Shown here in pieces: positions 21,067-29,707 of a stretch of DNA of 64,000 nt (its first letter is position 1; each line of letters starts with the position of its first letter). Source of the stretch: Tagaea sp. (GTDB taxonomy: Bacteria > Pseudomonadota > Alphaproteobacteria > CACIAM-22H2); NCBI GenBank assembly GCA_965229215.1, contig OZ245864.1:3931346-3995345 (forward strand). Reading direction: 5' to 3'. The translations under genes were made by a program, and so were the position numbers. Below the pieces are notes generated by a model. The model was given only the letters and a program-made list of their open reading frames with translations. It made no database searches and was not told the origin of the DNA.

Positions 21067-23869
21067 AGAATTCGCGCGTGCGCGCGATCGCTTCGGCCAA
21101 CCCGATCCGCTCGATCGTCACGCCCTCGGGGAACGCCTTGGCGAGGCGCGAGGGGAAGCGGGAATCCAGCAGCACGAACACGCCGGTATCGTCGGCCCGC
21201 CGAACCAGCCGCCCGAACGCCTGCTTGATGCGAAGGCGCACCAGCCGGTCGTCGTAGGCCGACTTGCCGAAATGCGCGCGCCGCGCCTTGTGCAGGATGT
21301 CGGGGCGCGGCCAGGGCACGCGGTCGAACACGATGAGGCGCAGCGAACGGCCCGGCACGTCGACGCCGTCGCGCACCGCATCGGTGCCGAGCAGGCAGGA
21401 ATCCTCCTCCGCGCGGAAGATGTCGACGAGCGTGGAGACGTCGAGCCGGTCGACATGCTGGGCATAGAGCGGCAGGCCCGCGCGTTCCAGCGGCCCGCCG
21501 ATCCGGCTGTGGATCGCGCGCAGCCGCCCGATGGCGGTGAACAGGCCGAGCGCACCGCCCTTCGAAGCGAGGAAGAATTCGCGATAGGCCGCCGCCACGC
21601 GGTCGGGCGCGTCGCGTTCCAGGTCGTTGACGACGAAGACGCGCGTGTTCTTCGCGTAGTCGAAAGGCGAGGGGACCTGCGCGCGCGTCCAGTCCGGCAT
21701 GTGCGCCGCCCCGGTGCGCGCGGCGGCCGCCGCCCAGTCGGCCTCGACGTCGCCGGTCGCGTCGGTCAGCGTGGCCGACGTGACGAGCGCGCCATGCGCG
21801 GGTCGCAGGACGGCCGCGGCGAAAGGCACCGTCGGGTCGATCCAGCGGCGATGCACGCCCACGTCGGCATCGCGCCCGTCCATGCGTTCCAGCGCCATCC
21901 AGTCGACGAAATCGGGCGGGGTCTCGCCCGACAGCGCTTTGAGCATGCCGCGCCAGCCCGCAAGCTCGTTGCCCGCGCGCCGTGCGATGCCGCGCGCCAC
22001 GGCCTCGATCCGCGCGCGCGTCGCGGTGTCGAGATCGGCGGCCTCGTCGTCGAGGCGCGCCACCAGCAGCTTCGCCAGTGCCACCATCGGCTCGGCGATG
22101 CGCGCGAGGGCGGCATCCAGCTTCTCGGCCGCGTCGATCAGCCCGTCGAGCGGCGGGCGGCAGTCGGTCTCCAGCGAATAGCCGTCGCCGGCATCCGATG
22201 CGGCGCGCGCGAGCACCTGTTTGCGCACGACGGCGAGGAAGGCTTCGGTCGGCCCGGTGGTCTCGCCCGCGAGGCGCTGCAGCCAGCCTTCGCCGGGCAG
22301 GGCGCGCGCGGCGGCGACCGCGCGTTCCAGCAATTCGCTGCCGCCGTCGAGATCGGCGACGAGTTCGCCCGCGCGCGCCTTGAGGCCGCGCACGCGGCTG
22401 CGGCCGGTGGTTTCCGCTCCCACGATCCAGCGGCGCAGCTCGACCGTTTCCTGCCCGGTCAACGCACCCCCGAACGCGGAATCGGCGGCATCGAAGACGT
22501 GATGCCCTTCGTCGAACACGTAGCGCGTGGGCAGCGTCGATTGCGCGGAACCGGCCGAGAGATCGACGGCGGCGGCCCCGAGCGCGGCCTGCATCATCAC
22601 GAGCGCGTGGTTGGCGATGACGATCTCGGCCTTGCGCGCGCGGCGCACCGATTTTTCGATCGGGCATCGCATGTAATGCGGGCAGGCCGAATAGATGCAT
22701 TCGCCGCGCCGGTCGGCGAGGCCGCGCGTGCGCGCCTTGCCGACCAGATCGGGCAGCCATGCCGGGAAATCGCCGCCGACCATGTCGCCGTCGCGGCTGG
22801 CGGCCGCCCAGCGCGCCATCAGGCCCAGCGCCGTCGCATCCTGCGGGCGCGTGGCGATCCCGCGCACCGAATCCTCGAGATTGAGGAGGCACAGGTAATT
22901 CTCGCGCCCCTTGCGGATGACGACCTTGCGCGCCTTCGTCGCCGGCTCGTCGTGCAGCCGATCCAGTTCCCGGTCGATCTGGTGCTGGAGGTTCTTGGTG
23001 TAGGTGCTGATCCACACCGCACCCTGGTTCTTCTCCGCCCACAGCGTCGCGGGCGCGAGATAGCCGAGCGTCTTGCCCACGCCCGTTCCCGCTTCCGCGA
23101 CCACGAGGCGCGGCGTTTCCGCCGCATCGCGCGGTGCGAAGGCGCCGGATACGGCGGAGGCATAGTCCGCCTGCTCGGGCCGCGCCTCGCTGCCTTCGCC
23201 CAGCATGTCGGCCAGGCGGCGGCGCGCCTCGTCGGGATCGACGGGCAGGTTGCCGGGCGGCGGTTCGGGCGCGGTCTCGACCCATTCCTCGATGCGCCGC
23301 CAGGCTTCGAGCCCCTGCACCGAACGGTCGGTCTCGTAAGCACCGGGCGAATCGCCGAGTGCGGCGAGCACGGATTCCGCCCAGCGCCAGCCACCGCGCG
23401 CCATCGCGCGCGCGGCCCCGACGATGTCGGGATTGCGCGCGACGAGCGGTTCGGCGAGTTCGGCCAGCAGGCGGCGGACGGATTCGTGGACGGCCTGCAC
23501 CTCGGCCGAAAGCCCGTGCGGGGCGGGCAGGTCCATCGCCTCGGCAAGGCCCCGCGCGGTCGGCAGGCAGAAGCGGGCCGGGCGCACGAAGGCATAGAGT
23601 TCGAGCGCGTCGTAGCAGGCGAGCCGGTCGAGCCCCAGCCGGCGCGCAGTGGCGGGTGCGTGCACGGCGATGGGCGGTTCGGCCATCGCGCGGGCCGAGG
23701 CTTCCGACAGGCGGATCTCCTCGATCTCGCCGTCGGCCGTAAGCCATGCGGCCTGCGCCACGCCTGCGGCAAGGACCGGGACGGCGGGCACGCGCACGGC
23801 CGCCACGCGCGGATTGCTGCCGCGGAAAGGAACGACCGTGCTGTCGGCCGAGGGGGGCGAATCGCGCAT
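21032..23869 (-). CDS. ATP-dependent DNA helicase, DinG/Rad3 (DEAD_2) family
   Basis: Walker A AGTGVGKT, Fe-S Cys cluster (C..C..C..C) and DEGH box (VFDEGHHV). 945 aa. Its 3' end overlaps the AEC gene by 35 bp (convergent). Confidence 0.8.
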   Translation of the reverse strand: MRDSPPSADSTVVPFRGSNPRVAAVRVPAVPVLAAGVAQAAWLTADGEIEEIRLSEASARAMAEPPIAVHAPATARRLGLDRLACYDALELYAFVRPARFCLPTARGLAEAMDLPAPHGLSAEVQAVHESVRRLLAELAEPLVARNPDIVGAARAMARGGWRWAESVLAALGDSPGAYETDRSVQGLEAWRRIEEWVETAPEPPPGNLPVDPDEARRRLADMLGEGSEARPEQADYASAVSGAFAPRDAAETPRLVVAEAGTGVGKTLGYLAPATLWAEKNQGAVWISTYTKNLQHQIDRELDRLHDEPATKARKVVIRKGRENYLCLLNLEDSVRGIATRPQDATALGLMARWAAASRDGDMVGGDFPAWLPDLVGKARTRGLADRRGECIYSACPHYMRCPIEKSVRRARKAEIVIANHALVMMQAALGAAAVDLSAGSAQSTLPTRYVFDEGHHVFDAADSAFGGALTGQETVELRRWIVGAETTGRSRVRGLKARAGELVADLDGGSELLERAVAAARALPGEGWLQRLAGETTGPTEAFLAVVRKQVLARAASDAGDGYSLETDCRPPLDGLIDAAEKLDAALARIAEPMVALAKLLVARLDDEAADLDTATRARIEAVARGIARRAGNELAGWRGMLKALSGETPPDFVDWMALERMDGRDADVGVHRRWIDPTVPFAAAVLRPAHGALVTSATLTDATGDVEADWAAAAARTGAAHMPDWTRAQVPSPFDYAKNTRVFVVNDLERDAPDRVAAAYREFFLASKGGALGLFTAIGRLRAIHSRIGGPLERAGLPLYAQHVDRLDVSTLVDIFRAEEDSCLLGTDAVRDGVDVPGRSLRLIVFDRVPWPRPDILHKARRAHFGKSAYDDRLVRLRIKQAFGRLVRRADDTGVFVLLDSRFPSRLAKAFPEGVTIERIGLAEAIARTREFFSPDGSPHKGP

Positions 23870-23959
23870 GGCCCATCATAGGGCTTCGGCGGGCGTTGAC
23901 GCACCGGCGCATGGGCCCTAGTTTCGCGGGCCGTTTCGACAATTCCATCCGAGAGCGCC

Positions 23960-25576
23960 ATGACCGATTCCCCCGCACCCCTTTCTTCCGCCCCGCCGAC
24001 CCGCGCGGACGCGATGAAAGGCCGTGCGTGGCCGTTCGAGGAGGCGCGCCGCCTCGTCGCGCGCACCGGCGAGAAGGTCCCGGCCAAGGGCTACGTGCTG
24101 TTCGAGACGGGCTACGGTCCCTCGGGCCTGCCGCATCTGGGCACGTTCGGCGAGGTCGTGCGCACGACGATGGTGCGCAAGGCCTTCGCGATGCTGTCCG
24201 ACGTGCCGACCAAGCTGTTCGCCTTCTCCGACGACATGGACGGCCTGCGCAAGGTTCCCGACAACATCCCCAACGGCGAGATGCTGGCGAAGAACATCGG
24301 CATGCCGCTGACGGCGGTGCCCGACCCGTTCGGCAAGTTCGACAGCTTCGGCGCGCACAACAACGCGATGCTGCGCGAATTCCTCGACCGCTTCGGCTTC
24401 GAGTACGAGTTCGTGTCCTCGACGCAGATGTACAAGTCGGGCAGGTTCGACGCGACGCTGCTGAAGGTGCTGCGCGGCTATCGCGCCATCATGGACATCA
24501 TGCTGCCGAGCCTGCGCGAGGAACGCCGCCAGACCTATTCGCCCTTCATGCCCGTGTGCCCGAAGACCGGCCGCGTGCTGCAGGTGCCGACGGTGGAGAC
24601 GAAGCCGGAGGCGGGCACCATCGTCTATCGCGACGAGGCGGGAAATCTCGTCGAGACGCCGGTGACGGGCGGGGCATGCAAGCTGCAATGGAAGATCGAC
24701 TGGGCGATGCGCTGGACGGCGCTCGAGGTCGACTACGAGATGTCGGGCAAGGACCTGATCGATTCGGTCAAGTACTCGTCCAAGGTCGCGCGCGCCATCG
24801 GCGGCAAGCCGCCGGAAGGCTTCACCTACGAGCTCTTCCTCGACGAAAAGGGCGAGAAGATCTCGAAGTCGCGCGGCAACGGCCTGACGATCGAGGAATG
24901 GCTGAAGTACGGGCCGGCCGAAAGCCTGTCGCTGTTCATGTACCAGCAGCCCAAGGCCGCCAAGCGCCTGCATTTCGACGTGATCCCGCGCCACGTCGAC
25001 GACTATCTGTCGTTCGTCGAGCGATTCCGGACGCAGAACGTGCAGCAGAAGCTCGACAATCCGGTCTTCCACATCCACGGCGGCGAGCCGCCGGCGCCGG
25101 AAGCCAACGGCCTGCCGTTCAGCATGCTGCTCAATCTCGTCGGCGTGGCGAACTCGCTCGACAAGGACGTGCTGTGGGGCTTCATCAGCCGCTATGCGCC
25201 CAAGGCTTCGCCGCAGACGAACCCGATGCTCGACCGGCTGGTCGGCCATGCGATCGCCTATTTCCGCGACTATGTCGAGCCCACGCGCGTGTTCCGTGCG
25301 CCCAGCGACATGGAGAAGGCGGCCCTTGCCGATCTCGATGCGTGCCTGGCGAAGCTTGCGCCCGACGCGAGCGCGGAAGAGATCCAGAACGAGGTCTACG
25401 CGGTCGGCAAGCGCCACCCGTTCCCCGAACTGAAGGCGTGGTTCCAGTCGATGTACGAGACGATGTTCGGCGCGAGCCAGGGCCCGCGCATGGGCTCGTT
25501 CATCGCGCTCTACGGAATCGCACCCACGCGCGCGCTGATCGCGCGCGTGCTGTCGGGCGAGATGTCGAAGGCCTAG
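23960..25576 (+). CDS. lysK: Lysine--tRNA ligase, class I (archaeal-type LysK)
   Basis: Class-I HIGH-like motif (GLPHLGT) and KMSKS (KISKSRGN). 538 aa. Confidence 0.9.
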   Translation: MTDSPAPLSSAPPTRADAMKGRAWPFEEARRLVARTGEKVPAKGYVLFETGYGPSGLPHLGTFGEVVRTTMVRKAFAMLSDVPTKLFAFSDDMDGLRKVPDNIPNGEMLAKNIGMPLTAVPDPFGKFDSFGAHNNAMLREFLDRFGFEYEFVSSTQMYKSGRFDATLLKVLRGYRAIMDIMLPSLREERRQTYSPFMPVCPKTGRVLQVPTVETKPEAGTIVYRDEAGNLVETPVTGGACKLQWKIDWAMRWTALEVDYEMSGKDLIDSVKYSSKVARAIGGKPPEGFTYELFLDEKGEKISKSRGNGLTIEEWLKYGPAESLSLFMYQQPKAAKRLHFDVIPRHVDDYLSFVERFRTQNVQQKLDNPVFHIHGGEPPAPEANGLPFSMLLNLVGVANSLDKDVLWGFISRYAPKASPQTNPMLDRLVGHAIAYFRDYVEPTRVFRAPSDMEKAALADLDACLAKLAPDASAEEIQNEVYAVGKRHPFPELKAWFQSMYETMFGASQGPRMGSFIALYGIAPTRALIARVLSGEMSKA

Positions 25577-25690
25577 ACCCTCACCCCGCAACGTATACGT
25601 TGCGCCTCTCCCGCAAGCGGGAGAGGGGACGCTCACGACAAGCTCGCTAGATCACCCTCTCCCGCTTGCGGGAGAGGGCAGGGGTGAGGG
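25577..25690. repeat. REP-like nested palindromic element pair (inverted copies of CCCTCACCCC...CTCTCCCGCAAGCGGGAGAGGG)
   Basis: Copy 1 (25577-25627) carries the inner perfect palindrome GCAACGTATACGTTGC plus CTCTCCCGCAAGCGGGAGAG. Copy 2 (25655-25690) is its reverse complement without the insert. Confidence 0.6.
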
Positions 25691-25692
25691 CC

Positions 25693-26331
25693 TTACTGGC
25701 TGACCCAAAGAATGCGGTGGCAGAACACGACGTCGGAGATGTCGAACGTGCGTTCGGCGTGCGCGGCGTTGAGGCTGGTCAGTTCCAGCTTGCGCTGGCC
25801 CTTGCGGATCAGCTGCTTGGCCATCACTTCGCCGGCCGTCGTCTTGACGACGACGCGGTCGCCGCGGCGCAAGCTGGCCTGCGGCGAGACGACGATCGTG
25901 TCGCCGTCGCGATAGACCGGCTCCATGCTGTCGCCCGCCACCATCAGCGCGTAGGCGTGCGTGTCGGCAAGCTCGGGGAACAGCAGTTCGTCCCAGCCCG
26001 TACCGGTGGGATAGCCGGCGTCGTCGAAGAAGCCCTTCTCGCCCGCCTGCGCATAGCCGATGACGGGGACACGGCGCATGGCGCCGGCCACGCTCGGCAC
26101 CGTGCCGATATAGCCGACGAACTCCGACATCGTGGCGCCGGTCGCCTCGAGGATCTTCGAGATGCTCTCGGTCGACGGCCAGCGCGGCCGGCCGTCGCGC
26201 GACACGCGCTTCGACTTGTTGAAGGTGGTGGGATCGAGGCCGGCGCGGCGCGCGAGACCCGACGGGGAGAAGCCATGATCGCCTGCGAGCTGATCGATGG
26301 CCTGCCAAACATCTGCGTGACGGAGAATCAT
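25693..26331 (-). CDS. S24-peptidase / phage-repressor-like (COG2932, LexA-like) transcriptional regulator
   Basis: N-terminal HTH (GFSPSGLARRAGLDPTTFNKSKR) plus a C-terminal S24 autopeptidase with Ser (GDSMEP) and Lys (IRKGQRK). 212 aa. Divergent from the phage-like cluster. No GTTC-N7-GTTC SOS box upstream. Confidence 0.8.
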   Translation of the reverse strand: MILRHADVWQAIDQLAGDHGFSPSGLARRAGLDPTTFNKSKRVSRDGRPRWPSTESISKILEATGATMSEFVGYIGTVPSVAGAMRRVPVIGYAQAGEKGFFDDAGYPTGTGWDELLFPELADTHAYALMVAGDSMEPVYRDGDTIVVSPQASLRRGDRVVVKTTAGEVMAKQLIRKGQRKLELTSLNAAHAERTFDISDVVFCHRILWVSQ

Positions 26332-26476
26332 GTGTGAATTTTTACTCAGGTTGTTGCGGATTGCATTAGGTATGTATGCCAATTTGAATTTCAAAAAGAA
26401 ATATTCCTTATATCCAAACGGACTGCTTCCCTTTATCAAGTTGTTTCCAATTTGTTCTGTAAACCGGAGATGGCGG

Positions 26477-26944
26477 ATGATGGCGGGCGCGAAGGCGGCG
26501 GGAAGGGGCGGGCGGACGATGGAAGGGGCCGTCGCGTCGGACGATGCGGCCGCCCTCGTCGTGTTCCGCGACCAGACCGAAATCGCCTGGCTGCGGGGCC
26601 TGCGCCGCGGCTTCCGGCACTGCGCGGTCTGGGTGCGCGCCGGCGACCTGTGGGTCGTGCAGGAAAGCCTGTCGAACCGGACAATTCTGGGGGTCTGGCA
26701 GGCCGACCGGGAGGCCGATCTGGTGGCCGCCCTGCGCCGCGCCGGGCACCGGGTCGTGCGCGCCCGGATCCGGCCGGCGCCGCGGCGCCTCGCCCCGCCG
26801 CTGCCCTTCAGCTGCGTGGAGGCGGTCAAGCGCGTGCTCGGCATCCATGCCTGGCATGTGCTGACGCCCTGGCAGCTCTACCGGCATTTGATCCGGGGCT
26901 CTCGAAAATCACATTTGACAATTACCCTAAATAGGAATATTTAA
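26477..26944 (+). CDS. Hypothetical protein, first gene of the phage-like cluster (start 26477 or 26519)
   Basis: Very high GC3 in this frame, versus low GC3 in the overlapping alternative frame. Flanked by AT-rich islands. No recognised family. Confidence 0.5.
   Translation: MMAGAKAAGRGGRTMEGAVASDDAAALVVFRDQTEIAWLRGLRRGFRHCAVWVRAGDLWVVQESLSNRTILGVWQADREADLVAALRRAGHRVVRARIRPAPRRLAPPLPFSCVEAVKRVLGIHAWHVLTPWQLYRHLIRGSRKSHLTITLNRNI
26915..26943 (+). promoter_or_regulatory. Candidate σ70-type promoter ahead of the portal operon
   Basis: TTGACA (26915-26920) followed by a 17-nt spacer and TATTTA, within an AT-rich island. Confidence 0.35.
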
Positions 26945-27053
26945 AGTTTCAGGCTCATAAATCGAGCTCTTTCCGGCTCCTTCCAGTCCTTGAATGGCTC
27001 TGGAGGGGCCGGAAATAGGTACGGATACCGTCCCCTCGAACCGGAGATGTCCC

Positions 27054-27275
27054 ATGGGTGGTTTTTTCTCGCCGTCGATTCCCGAACCCCCGCCGCCCCC
27101 GCCGATGCCGGCGTTGCCCGAGCCGGTCGATCCGGACAAGGAAGCGCGCGAGGCGCGCATCAAGGCGATGATCCGCCGCCGTCGCGGCCGGGCCGGCCTC
27201 GTGGCGACGGGCGAGCGCGGCGTGCTGCTCGCACCCGCTGCCGCGCAGGGCCTCGCCTCGAAGCTCGGGGAATGA
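27054..27275 (+). CDS. Small Pro-rich hypothetical protein (73 aa), translationally coupled to the portal gene
   Basis: GGAGA RBS and near-perfect GC3. Stop overlaps the portal start (ATGA). Sequence MGGFFSPSIPEPPPPPPMPALPEP. Confidence 0.5.
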   Translation: MGGFFSPSIPEPPPPPPMPALPEPVDPDKEAREARIKAMIRRRRGRAGLVATGERGVLLAPAAAQGLASKLGE

Positions 27276-28795
27276 CGATGGCCGAGATCCGATCCGAAAC
27301 GGCCCCGCGCGACACGCTCGCCCGCTTCCGCCGCGCCCGCCAGGCGCGTGGCGCCTGGGAGCCCGCGTGGCAGGATTGCTACGAGTTCGCGATGCCGCAG
27401 CGCGTGGCGTCGGGCGGCGGCGAGCGGCGCGGCGAACGCCTGTTCGACGCGACCGCCGGCGATGCGGCCGAGCAGTTGGCCGCATCGCTGATGTCGCAGC
27501 TTGTACCCCCGTGGTCGCGCTGGTTCGGCCTGCAGCCGGGCGGCGACGTGCCCGAGGAACACCGCGCGGCGCTCGGCGAGGTGCTGGAGAAGGCGGCCGC
27601 ATCGTTGCAGGCGCATTTCGACCGCTCGAACTTCGCCATGGAGATCCACCAGTGCTTCCTCGACCTCGTCGTCGCGGGCACGGCGATGCTGCAGTTCGAG
27701 GAGGCGCCGGCGGGCGCGGACTCCGCGTTCCGCTTCGCGGCCGTTCCGCTGGCGAGGCTGGCACTCGACGAGACCTCGGAGGGCGCGTTCGACATCGTCT
27801 TCCGCACGAGCGAGCTTTCGACCGAGCGGCTGGTCGAGCGTTTCCCGGACGCGGCGCTGCCCGACGCGCTGCGCAAGCCCGATCCGCGCGGCGGGGCCGA
27901 GCGCAGGCACACGATCGTCGAGGCGATGTTCGCCGAACGGCCCGGCTACCGCTACATGGCGCTGCTGGAAGACGGCGGCGACGCGTCGCAGCCCGTCGTG
28001 CTCGCCGAAGGGAATTTCGCGCAGCCGCCCTTCCTCGCCTTCCGCTGGCTCAAGGCGCCGGGCGAGGTCTATGGCCGCTCGCCCGTGATGAAGGCGCTGC
28101 CCGACATCAAGACCGCGAACAAGGTCGTCGAGCTCGTGCTGAAGAACGCCTCGATCGCCGTCACCGGCATCTGGCAGGCCGACGACGACGGCGTGCTCAA
28201 TCCCGCCAACATCCGCCTGCAGCCGGGCACGATCATCCCCAAGGCGGTCGGCTCGGCGGGCCTCACGCCGCTGGAGGCGCCCGGCCGTTTCGACGTGTCG
28301 AACCTCGTGCTCGACGATCTGCGCGGCCGCATCCGGCATGCGCTGCTCGCCGATCGCCTCGGCCAGGTCGACAGCCCGACGATGACGGCGACCGAAGTGC
28401 TCGAGCGCTCGGCCGAGATGTCGCGCATCCTCGGCGCCACCTACGGCCGCCTGCAGGCCGAGCTGCTTACGCCGCTGATCGCGCGCGCCATCGCCATCCT
28501 GCACCGGCGCGGCGAGATCCCGCCCGTGCTGGTCGACGGCCGCGTGGTCGAGCTCCAGTACAAGTCGCCGCTGGCGCTGGTGCAGGCGCAGGCCGACGTG
28601 CGCAACGCGATGCTGTGGATCACGCAGGCGGCCAGCCTCGGGCCCGAGGCGATGGCCGTCGTCGACGCGGGCGCGGCCGCGCGCTGGATGGCGCGCGCGC
28701 TCAGCGTGCCGCCCGATCTCGTGCGCCCGCCGGCCCCGGCCGCGGCGCCGTTGCAGATGCTCGCGCAGGCTCTCTCCGCCCAACCCCGGCAATGA
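27272..28795 (+). CDS. Podovirus (T7 gp8-like) head-to-tail connector / portal protein
   Basis: 507 aa. Collinear similarity to T7 gp8, including W.P.WQDC..F..P, the YGRS motif and TATEVLERSAEMSRILGATYGRLQAELLTPLI (compare T7 TAEEIRYVASELEDTLGGVYSILSQELQLPLV). Confidence 0.85.
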   Translation: MTMAEIRSETAPRDTLARFRRARQARGAWEPAWQDCYEFAMPQRVASGGGERRGERLFDATAGDAAEQLAASLMSQLVPPWSRWFGLQPGGDVPEEHRAALGEVLEKAAASLQAHFDRSNFAMEIHQCFLDLVVAGTAMLQFEEAPAGADSAFRFAAVPLARLALDETSEGAFDIVFRTSELSTERLVERFPDAALPDALRKPDPRGGAERRHTIVEAMFAERPGYRYMALLEDGGDASQPVVLAEGNFAQPPFLAFRWLKAPGEVYGRSPVMKALPDIKTANKVVELVLKNASIAVTGIWQADDDGVLNPANIRLQPGTIIPKAVGSAGLTPLEAPGRFDVSNLVLDDLRGRIRHALLADRLGQVDSPTMTATEVLERSAEMSRILGATYGRLQAELLTPLIARAIAILHRRGEIPPVLVDGRVVELQYKSPLALVQAQADVRNAMLWITQAASLGPEAMAVVDAGAAARWMARALSVPPDLVRPPAPAAAPLQMLAQALSAQPRQ

Positions 28796-28809
28796 AGGAA
28801 GGAACGACC

Positions 28810-29526
28810 ATGACCGATCCGATCGCAGCTCCCCCCGCACCGCCCGCACGTCCCGACCATGTGCCCGAGAAATTCTGGGATGCGGGAAGCGGGCAGGTCC
28901 GCGTCGACGCGCTCTCGAAATCCTATGCGGAACTCGAGCGCAAGCTCTCCGGCATGATCCCGGGGCCGAAATCGCCCGAATGGGAGCAGAGCTGGCGCAG
29001 GGCCGCCGGCGTGCCCGATGCGCCCGACGGCTATCGCATCGCGCCCAAGGACGATCTCGTCGCCGTCGATGCCGACGTGAACCGCCGCCTGCATGCGGCC
29101 GGCTTCACGCCGCAGCAGGCCCAGCTCGTCTACGACCTGGCGGTCGAGCGGCTGGTGCCGATGGTGCAGGACTATGCGGGTTCCTACCGTGCCGAACTCG
29201 CGCACGAGAAGCTCGTGGCGGAATTCGGCGGGGCGGAGAAGTGGGCCGCCCTCGCCCCGCAGATCGCGCGCTGGGGGCAGAAGAACCTGCCGGCACCCGT
29301 CTACGACGCGCTCGCCTCGACGCCCGAGGGAATCCGCGCGCTGCACCGGATGATGAATTCGGGCGAGCCCAGCCTGCGCGGCTTCGGCGCGCCCGCGGCC
29401 CCGGCCAGCGAGGACGACCTGCGCAGGCTGATGGCCGACAAGCGCTACTGGCGCGACCACGATCCGGCGATCGTGCGCACCGTCACCGAAGGCTTCAGGC
29501 GCCTCTATCCCGAACGCGAAAAGTGA
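28810..29526 (+). CDS. Putative scaffolding protein (position-equivalent to T7 gp9)
   Basis: 238-aa acidic helical protein lying between the portal and capsid genes. AAGGAAGG RBS. Assignment is by synteny only. Confidence 0.45.
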   Translation: MTDPIAAPPAPPARPDHVPEKFWDAGSGQVRVDALSKSYAELERKLSGMIPGPKSPEWEQSWRRAAGVPDAPDGYRIAPKDDLVAVDADVNRRLHAAGFTPQQAQLVYDLAVERLVPMVQDYAGSYRAELAHEKLVAEFGGAEKWAALAPQIARWGQKNLPAPVYDALASTPEGIRALHRMMNSGEPSLRGFGAPAAPASEDDLRRLMADKRYWRDHDPAIVRTVTEGFRRLYPEREK

Positions 29527-29536
29527 GAAAGACGGC

Positions 29537-29609
29537 TTGACAGGATGACAACTTAAGATTATATTCAAGACAACGTGCCGCCCGTGCTTGCCGCGGAGAA
29601 CGGCACGTT
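29537..29609 (+). promoter_or_regulatory. Near-consensus σ70 promoter (TTGACA-N17-TATATT) plus 5'-UTR hairpin upstream of the capsid gene
   Basis: TTGACA at 29537-29542 and TATATT at 29560-29565. Inverted repeat AACGTGCCG (29572-29580) / CGGCACGTT (29601-29609). Confidence 0.5.
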
Positions 29610-29707
29610 CCCTTCACATCTCCCGCGAAACGGGGTCGGCGCATCCATTTGCGATGCACCGGCAACCCTCGCTTGCGGGTCCCCCAACCGGTCACACAGA
29701 GGGACCC

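Noticed and set aside
21042-23978. 978-aa (minus) and 945-aa (plus, 21044-23881) ORFs overlapping the DinG-like helicase gene
   Set aside because: Alternate and antisense frames. Only the 21032-23869 minus frame shows Walker A, DEGH and Fe-S motifs.
25693-26331. Calling the S24 regulator the canonical host LexA
   Set aside because: The N-terminus is a COG2932 phage-repressor-type HTH rather than the LexA winged helix. No GTTC-N7-GTTC SOS boxes lie upstream. Hence it is annotated as phage-repressor-like.
26452-26934. Alternative frame (MADDGGREGG...) across the first cluster gene
   Set aside because: GC3 is markedly lower than in the 26477 frame. The translation is Gly/Arg low-complexity.
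26990-28795. 601-aa in-frame N-terminal extension of the portal ORF back to 26990
   Set aside because: The upstream part has poor GC3 and overlaps a better-supported small ORF (27054-27275) in another frame. The portal homology begins at the ATG at 27272, which has ATGA coupling.
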